Positions 56,568 through 64,000 of a stretch of 64,000 bases of DNA are shown here, in pieces. The stretch's first letter is position 1, and every line of letters begins with the position of its first letter. The stretch comes from an uncultured Nitrososphaerota archaeon (lineage in GTDB: Archaea > Korarchaeota > Korarchaeia > Korarchaeales > Korarchaeaceae): positions 24,665 to 88,664 of the forward strand of contig CAZQNA010000007.1 in the NCBI GenBank assembly GCA_964594835.1. Direction: 5' to 3'. The notes under the pieces are model-generated. The model did not search any database. It saw only the letters and a program-made list of their open reading frames with translations, and was not told where the DNA came from. The position numbers and the translations under genes were made by a program.

Positions 56568-57926
56568 TCACTCCAGCATCTCCTTCTCGTACCTCTTCAG
56601 GTGCTCGACGGCCTCCCTGAGGTCGCTGAACCTCTCTGACACCTCCCTGACGTCCTCCTCGGTGACGGACTCCCTTCCCACGGCCCTGGCCCTAACCCCG
56701 GCTATGCTGAGTATCTGGACCGCGTACCTCAGGGACTTCTCGGCTCCCAGCTCCCTCAGCAGCTTGAGGGCGCCGTCCTCCACCTTCACCCTCTCCTCCT
56801 TGGCCCTTATCCTGAGGATCTCCTCGATCTCCTCCGGCGAGTACTTGCTCGTGGTTATCACGACGAGCCTGTCGAGCAGGTCGAGGGGCATGCCGAAGGG
56901 GGCGGTGAGGTCGGTCCCCCTGATCTTGGTGACGCCCCTGTTGGTGGCCATCACGATGATGGGGACGAGTTCGCCCTCCATGGCCCTGCTCAGGAAGCTG
57001 AGGGCCTCAATGTCCATCAGGTGGGCGTCGTCGATGAACAGCACGCCCGGGACTATCTCGCCCCTGCCCTCGTTGACCCACTCCATCACCTGCTGGTCCA
57101 CGGCCGCCCTGACCTCCGGGTCTATCTCCTTCTCCTCGGCCGCGCCGAACAGCAGGCTGAAGATAGAGCCCCCGCCCCTCCTCCTGGCCATGAGCCTGTC
57201 CAGGTCGTCCAGCGTCATGGTGTAGACGAACTCCTTCTCCTTCAGCACGGGCCCAGTGGGCCTTCCAACGGTCCTCACCGCGTCCACGTCGTAGCCCCCC
57301 CTGCCCTCCGCCCTTCCTATCTTGGAGACCCTGCCGGACTCCGCGTCGATCATGATCACGTCGCCCTCCTCGACCCCCATCTCCACCAGCTGCTGGGCGA
57401 CGTTCGGACCGACCTTGAGGGTCTTCTCCTCCTCGTCGGTCTTCAGTGACACCACCGCGCTCTGCGGGACCTTGACGAACGGGTTGAAGGGGCTCGAGCC
57501 CATCTTGACGTCAAGGCTCGCTACCTCGCCCTCGTAGACCCTCCTGACGTCCTTGAGCCTGACGCCTATCGCCTTGCGCATCGCCTCCATGAGCACCTCG
57601 GTCTTCTTCCTCTCGGCGCTGTAGATCTCAGACCCGCTCATCTGGATGAACGGAACGTCCTCGCCGAGTTCTCTCGCAATCCCGAGGGCTATCGCCGTCT
57701 TCCCCGTCCCCGGCGGCCCGGCCAGCAGTACGGCCTTCCCGCTGAGCTTTCCCTCCCTGGCCATCTGGACCACAAGCCCCGCGGCCTCCCTGGCCCTGAG
57801 CTGGCCGACGAGACCGTCGGCGACGCGAAGGGCCTTCATGTTCTCGTCCAGGCCGAGCCCCTTGACGTGGCTGTGGGCGCCCACCCTCTCAACCCTACGC
57901 GGCCCTATCTCCTCTATCTCGGGCAA
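56568..57926 (-). CDS. tip49: TIP49/RuvBL-like AAA+ ATPase
   Basis: AHSHVKGLGL, GQ..AREAAG, GPPGTGKT, PGVLFIDDAH, ATNRG, DLLDR, SLRYA; TTG start at 57926. Confidence 0.93.
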   Translation of the reverse strand: MPEIEEIGPRRVERVGAHSHVKGLGLDENMKALRVADGLVGQLRAREAAGLVVQMAREGKLSGKAVLLAGPPGTGKTAIALGIARELGEDVPFIQMSGSEIYSAERKKTEVLMEAMRKAIGVRLKDVRRVYEGEVASLDVKMGSSPFNPFVKVPQSAVVSLKTDEEEKTLKVGPNVAQQLVEMGVEEGDVIMIDAESGRVSKIGRAEGRGGYDVDAVRTVGRPTGPVLKEKEFVYTMTLDDLDRLMARRRGGGSIFSLLFGAAEEKEIDPEVRAAVDQQVMEWVNEGRGEIVPGVLFIDDAHLMDIEALSFLSRAMEGELVPIIVMATNRGVTKIRGTDLTAPFGMPLDLLDRLVVITTSKYSPEEIEEILRIRAKEERVKVEDGALKLLRELGAEKSLRYAVQILSIAGVRARAVGRESVTEEDVREVSERFSDLREAVEHLKRYEKEMLE

Positions 57927-57973
57927 GGGCTCACCCCCCGACTGCCGGGGGTCGCCCGTCAAAAAGATTGACC

Positions 57974-59809
<1,836 letters not shown>

Positions 59810-59988
59810 CTTGGTCGCACCCCCCGGGCCGGCGGCCCCCTCGAATCAGCGGTCGCGCGCATGCTATCGGCAGCGGTCACCTGCCGCCGAGCCATAAAAA
59901 GGGCCCCCGTTGAAACGGTGCGAACGGGCGCAATGACCGCGCCGGCGATCCACACTCCGTTATATCGTCCCCTCGTCAGCGCCGCTCG

Positions 59989-60870
59989 GTGGGATGGGTG
60001 GCCGAAGGGGGGTTCGACCCCGTCGGGGCCTTGAGGGAGCTTGCCAGAGACAGCGAGTCGGGGGCCTCCGAGATCCTGCTGTCCGCCCTCGACGTCCTCG
60101 TCAGGTCTGCTGAGCTCGGGATCCCAGAGGGGCCGGTCTTGGAGGGGGTGAGGCTGCTGGCCGAGGCTCACCCGGAGATGGTGCCTCTCCTCAACCTCAG
60201 GGCGGCCCTCGAGGCCGCGGGCTGGCCGGCCTCTGCGACGGGCCTGAGGGCCCTCAGGGAGCACGCCCGCTCCGCGAGGGATGCGGCCGCCAGGGCCGCG
60301 GCGGATCTCCTAGAGGGTGCGGAGGTCGTCGTCACCCTGAGCTGGAGCTCGACCGTCTTCCGCGCCCTGAGGCTGGTCGCCTCCCGGGGCTCCCTTGGAG
60401 AGGTCACCGTGGCCCACAGCCTCCCCCTCGGGGAGGGGCTCGAGTCCGCCCGCAGGTTCGCGTCCCTGGGCGTGAGGGTGAGGCTGATCCCCGACTCGGC
60501 GGTCCCGCTCATGGTGAGGGAGGCCGACGCCGCCCTGGTGGGCGCCGACGCCGTGCTCTCGGACGGGTCCCTCGTGAACAAGGTCGGGACCCTCTCCCTA
60601 GCCCTGGCCTGCGGCGAGTTCGGGGTCCCCATGCTGGTGGCCGCGGACCTGCTCAAGGTGGACGTGTGGGGAGGGTTTCGCGGTCTCCGGACGTCCTCCT
60701 GCGAGGGCCTGCCGGACCCGCCGGAGGGGGTCGAGCTGGAGTGCCCGGTCTTTGAAGAGGTCCCGGCCGACCTCGTCAGGACCTACGCGACCGAGGAGGG
60801 GCCGCTGACCCCGGGGGAGGTCGTCGACAGGGCTCGGGAGCTGTTCAGGGGGATCTTCGGGCGGGCCTGA
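59989..60870 (+). CDS. eIF2B alpha/beta/delta-family protein
   Basis: SGAS, TLSWSSTV, P.GEG, VGADA, NKVGT. Confidence 0.82.
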   Translation: MGWVAEGGFDPVGALRELARDSESGASEILLSALDVLVRSAELGIPEGPVLEGVRLLAEAHPEMVPLLNLRAALEAAGWPASATGLRALREHARSARDAAARAAADLLEGAEVVVTLSWSSTVFRALRLVASRGSLGEVTVAHSLPLGEGLESARRFASLGVRVRLIPDSAVPLMVREADAALVGADAVLSDGSLVNKVGTLSLALACGEFGVPMLVAADLLKVDVWGGFRGLRTSSCEGLPDPPEGVELECPVFEEVPADLVRTYATEEGPLTPGEVVDRARELFRGIFGRA

Positions 60871-60886
60871 GCCCGGGGACCCGCCT

Positions 60887-61876
60887 CTAGAACCTCTCCT
60901 CCACGGCCCTCACGACCTCCTTTATCTCCCTGGGCGTGTACCTCCTCCCGAGGAGTCGGCAGAGGATCCTCTTGTGTATCGGGAGCCTTATCCTCCCGCC
61001 GCACGCGTAGGGGTGTCCTCCCCCGTCGGCCTCCTCGCATATCGGCCTGAGGTTCACGTCCTTCTCGGCCCCGGCGTACAGGGAGAACCTCCCGCAGGTG
61101 TATATGACGAGGGAGAAGGACACCCCGTGCTCGGCGGTCATCCTCTTGGCCACCGCCGAGCCGGGCCCGCCCCTGGGGCGGAGGTCTATGAGGGCGTACC
61201 TCCTCCCGGACCTAGTCACCCTGACCTCGGCCCTCGCCAGCGCCTCCTCCACCGCCCTCCTCTCTGCGTCAACGCTCTCCATCCCCCACCCCCTTATCTT
61301 CGGGTCCTCAAGCCTGCCCTCGAGCAGGCTCCTCAGGAGGTACTCCCGCCTCGCCCTCACCCTCGTGAGGGGCCTGTACATCCTGGCGAGCTCCGTCCTG
61401 TAGGCGGCCGTGTCGGCGTCGTCCGCGATCCTCACGAGCTCCCTGAGGTACCCGTCCCCGCCGAACTCCTCCAGGACCACCCTGGCCGCGCTCGGCGCCG
61501 ACCTGACCACGACCCTCTCCGCGTACTTGGAGAGCCTCTCCACGCCGCCCTCCGGCCACTGGTGGTGGTCGATCCAGGTCACCCTCCACCCCGACTCCCT
61601 CAGCCTCCTCAGCTCGCGCTCGAGTTCACTCAGCCTGTTCGCGTTGACCCCGATGTCGACGATCGTGATCTCCCCGCCCCCCGGCGGGATGGACCTCAGG
61701 GTCCGGTGGATGCTCCTTGGCCCCGAGAACAGGAACGCGGGGTCGTCACCCATGGCTCGTGCGGCTATCACCGCGCTTATGACTCCATCGACATCACCGT
61801 GAGCGATTATCAACCTCTTCGGCCTCCTCAGGCGCAATCTTAGGGCTGCTAGGGCGGATGAGACACCGCTCAGCAA
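60887..61876 (-). CDS. DHH/DHHA1 phosphoesterase
   Basis: HGDVDG, IVD, WIDHH, GGGHPYACG. Confidence 0.85.
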   Translation of the reverse strand: MLSGVSSALAALRLRLRRPKRLIIAHGDVDGVISAVIAARAMGDDPAFLFSGPRSIHRTLRSIPPGGGEITIVDIGVNANRLSELERELRRLRESGWRVTWIDHHQWPEGGVERLSKYAERVVVRSAPSAARVVLEEFGGDGYLRELVRIADDADTAAYRTELARMYRPLTRVRARREYLLRSLLEGRLEDPKIRGWGMESVDAERRAVEEALARAEVRVTRSGRRYALIDLRPRGGPGSAVAKRMTAEHGVSFSLVIYTCGRFSLYAGAEKDVNLRPICEEADGGGHPYACGGRIRLPIHKRILCRLLGRRYTPREIKEVVRAVEERF

Positions 61877-61940
61877 AGTTAACTCCTCTCGCCCGCCGGG
61901 TCACACGCGGCATTAAACGCTGCCGCGGATGGTGTGAGGC

Positions 61941-63080
61941 TTGAACCCGGCCGCGTCACTCCTGGCGGCGGGCCTGGGGGCGGTCCACGGCTGGCTGGCC
62001 CTGAGGGCCGTGGCTGAGATGTCCAGGGTCCCCAGACTTCGGCCCAGACCCCCCGGTCGGGCGGAGAGGGTCTCGATAGTCGTGGCGGCCAGGAACGAGC
62101 GTGGGAGGGTTGGGAGGTGCGTGAGGTCCCTGCTCTCGCAGGGACACCGGGAGGTGGAGGTCATCCTCGTGGACGACGGCTCGACCGACGGCACCGGGGC
62201 CGAGGCGCTGGGGGCGGCGGCCGGGGACCCCAGGTTCACGCTGGTCAGGGCCCCGCGGCCGCCCGAGGGGTGGCTGGGAAAGCCGTGGGCCTGCTGGATC
62301 GGTTTCTCCAGGAGCTCCGGTGAGATCCTCCTCTTCGTCGACGCGGACGTGGAGGTCGAGGACTGGGCGATCCCGGCCGTGGTGTCGGAGGTTCAGGGGG
62401 CCGACGCCGTGACGGTCTCCCCGACCTACGTCTGCTCGGGCCCGGCGGGCGCCGCGGAGCTGGCCGTCGCAGCCACGATAAGGATGTTCTTCCCGCAGTG
62501 GAGGATCGGGTCACCCGACGAGCGGTCTTGGGGATTTGGAGGGTTCTTCGCAGTCCGGCGGTCGGCGTACCTGGACGTGGGCGGCCACGAGGCGGTCAGG
62601 GGGTCCCCGGTGGAGGACAGGGACCTGGCCAGGCTTCTGGCCTCTCGGGGGCACCGCCTCAGGATTGTGAGGGGCTGCGGGGCCGTCAGGTCGACCTGGG
62701 CCGCCTCCCTAGGAGAGGCGCTGGACTCCATAGCCAGGATATCCTCGAGGGACGCCCCCGTGACCCCCTGGAGGGCCGCGGCCGTCTGCGCCGCCCTGGG
62801 GATCCTGTACGCCGCCCCGCCCCTGGCTGCGCTGGCCGCCGCGGCGGGCCTGGTCCACCCTGTCGCTGCAGTCCTCGCGCTGGGCGCTGAGCTGATCCAC
62901 GGGCTCACACCGGTCATCCTCGGGGAGGTCGAGACCGACCCGCTCTCAGCCGCCCTGTTCCCGCTCGGTGGGCTCGCGGTGGCCGCAGGCCTGTGGAGGG
63001 CCCACCTCTACAGGGCTGGGAGGCGGTGCCTCAGGTGGAGGGGGAGGGAGATCTGCCCCTCCTCCTCAGCAGGAGGATGA
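61941..63080 (+). CDS. Membrane GT2 glycosyltransferase (CrtQ/HpnB-like)
   Basis: AARNE, DDGSTDGT, PEGWLGKPWAC, DAD, ED. Confidence 0.82.
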   Translation: MNPAASLLAAGLGAVHGWLALRAVAEMSRVPRLRPRPPGRAERVSIVVAARNERGRVGRCVRSLLSQGHREVEVILVDDGSTDGTGAEALGAAAGDPRFTLVRAPRPPEGWLGKPWACWIGFSRSSGEILLFVDADVEVEDWAIPAVVSEVQGADAVTVSPTYVCSGPAGAAELAVAATIRMFFPQWRIGSPDERSWGFGGFFAVRRSAYLDVGGHEAVRGSPVEDRDLARLLASRGHRLRIVRGCGAVRSTWAASLGEALDSIARISSRDAPVTPWRAAAVCAALGILYAAPPLAALAAAAGLVHPVAAVLALGAELIHGLTPVILGEVETDPLSAALFPLGGLAVAAGLWRAHLYRAGRRCLRWRGREICPSSSAGG

Positions 63081-63999
63081 CGGCCACCGCGATCGCAAGG
63101 CCGCAGGCCGCGGCGGCCAGGGCCCACCCCGGGAGCGCCCTCCCCTCCCCCGTCGGTCCGGCCTCCGGGTACAGGATCTCGGCGTAGGGCTGGCAGCCGC
63201 CGGTGGAGACCAGGAGCAGCAGCTCCTCCCTCCCTCCCGGGACCACCAGGCTCGCCGACCCGGAGGCGTCTGTCGCGGCCTGGACTCCATCCAGGCTGAC
63301 GACGGCGCCCGGCGCCGGGGAGCCGAGGCAGCTCACAGAGACCCTCAGCTCCTCGCCCGGCCTGACCGGCCCCCCGAGGGTGACCTCCGGGACGGGCCTG
63401 TAGACCACCTTGATCACCCTCTCGACGCGCTCCCCGTCGGCCTCGGCCGCGACCGAGATCTCGTTCAAGCCCGGACTCAGGTCCACCCTGACCTTGAACA
63501 TGCCCGTGGACGCCGGCTCCAACTCCCTCCCGTTGACGGAGACCCTGGCGTACGGCTGGGTCCTCCCAGTGACGACGAACTCTCCCTCGTGCGTTACCAC
63601 GGCCCCGCCATCGGCGCCGGAGAGCTCCAGCACGAGCGGCCTGACGACCTCGTAGGAGACCTCCTCACCGCTCACCGTCACGAGGATGTAGTGGAAGAAG
63701 AGGGTGTCCGGCGGGTACTGGGGGTCGAGCTCGGCGCCCGCTCCGCCGGTGATGAAGGACCTGACGCCCCCCTCCTCGCCGGAGTGGAACATGTGCTCGT
63801 GCCCCTGGAAGACGCAGTCCACCCCGTGCTCCTCGAAGATCCTCTTCAGCCTCTCCTCCACGCCCGGGTCCTCCAGGCCGTGGGCGTACTTGTAGACGGG
63901 CTGGTGGATGAACACGAAGGTGTGCTCCGCGTCCGAGTGCTCCTCCAGGTCGCGCTCCAGCCACTGGATCTGCTCCTCGCTCAGCGTGTACCTGTGCCC
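63031..63999 (-). CDS. Calcineurin-like metallophosphoesterase with Ig-like domains and C-terminal membrane anchor (5' end beyond window)
   Basis: EQIQWLERDL, FIHQP, FQGHEH, TGGAGA; C-terminal TM plus RRR. Confidence 0.8.
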   Translation of the reverse strand, partial: GHRYTLSEEQIQWLERDLEEHSDAEHTFVFIHQPVYKYAHGLEDPGVEERLKRIFEEHGVDCVFQGHEHMFHSGEEGGVRSFITGGAGAELDPQYPPDTLFFHYILVTVSGEEVSYEVVRPLVLELSGADGGAVVTHEGEFVVTGRTQPYARVSVNGRELEPASTGMFKVRVDLSPGLNEISVAAEADGERVERVIKVVYRPVPEVTLGGPVRPGEELRVSVSCLGSPAPGAVVSLDGVQAATDASGSASLVVPGGREELLLLVSTGGCQPYAEILYPEAGPTGEGRALPGWALAAAACGLAIAVAVILLLRRRGRSPSPST

Positions 64000-64000
64000 C

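Noticed and set aside
59920-59932. GCGCCCG (minus strand) as the glmS ribozyme cleavage site
   Set aside because: Lacks the preceding A and the downstream conserved core; kept only as a generic structured-leader candidate
63031-63080. 50-bp convergent gene overlap (also 55151-55179 and 6870-6884)
   Set aside because: Short 3' overlaps are common in compact archaeal genomes

Overview
GC-rich, densely coding chromosomal segment. Gene content and style (AGG/ATA codon use, many TTG/GTG starts, TATA-like intergenic boxes, ATP-dependent ligase, Nre, TIP49, MptA/MptE, AcdA) point to a probably thermophilic archaeon; a TACK/Korarchaeia-like placement is inference only. It holds about 60 genes, mostly housekeeping and metabolic. 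I saw no tRNA, rRNA, CRISPR array or transposase by eye. Highlights: (1) a LipS1/LipS2 + LplA/LplB lipoate-assembly cluster running into DNA ligase, whose conserved N-terminus has no canonical start codon; (2) a pterin/folate cluster (FolP, MptE, CofE-like, MptA) in which FolP carries at its C-terminus a domain resembling the usually N-terminal pteroate-reductase-like extension; (3) two VapBC pairs plus an RHH-DUF5678/aspartic-protease TA-like pair next to a 10-6-10 inverted repeat resembling a tyrosine-recombinase site; (4) a duplicated ABC exporter; (5) two low-GC glycosylation islets; (6) a bactofilin-like protein, a possible GOLPH3-like protein and a structured leader candidate upstream of glmS. 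All family calls come from motif recognition, not database searches.
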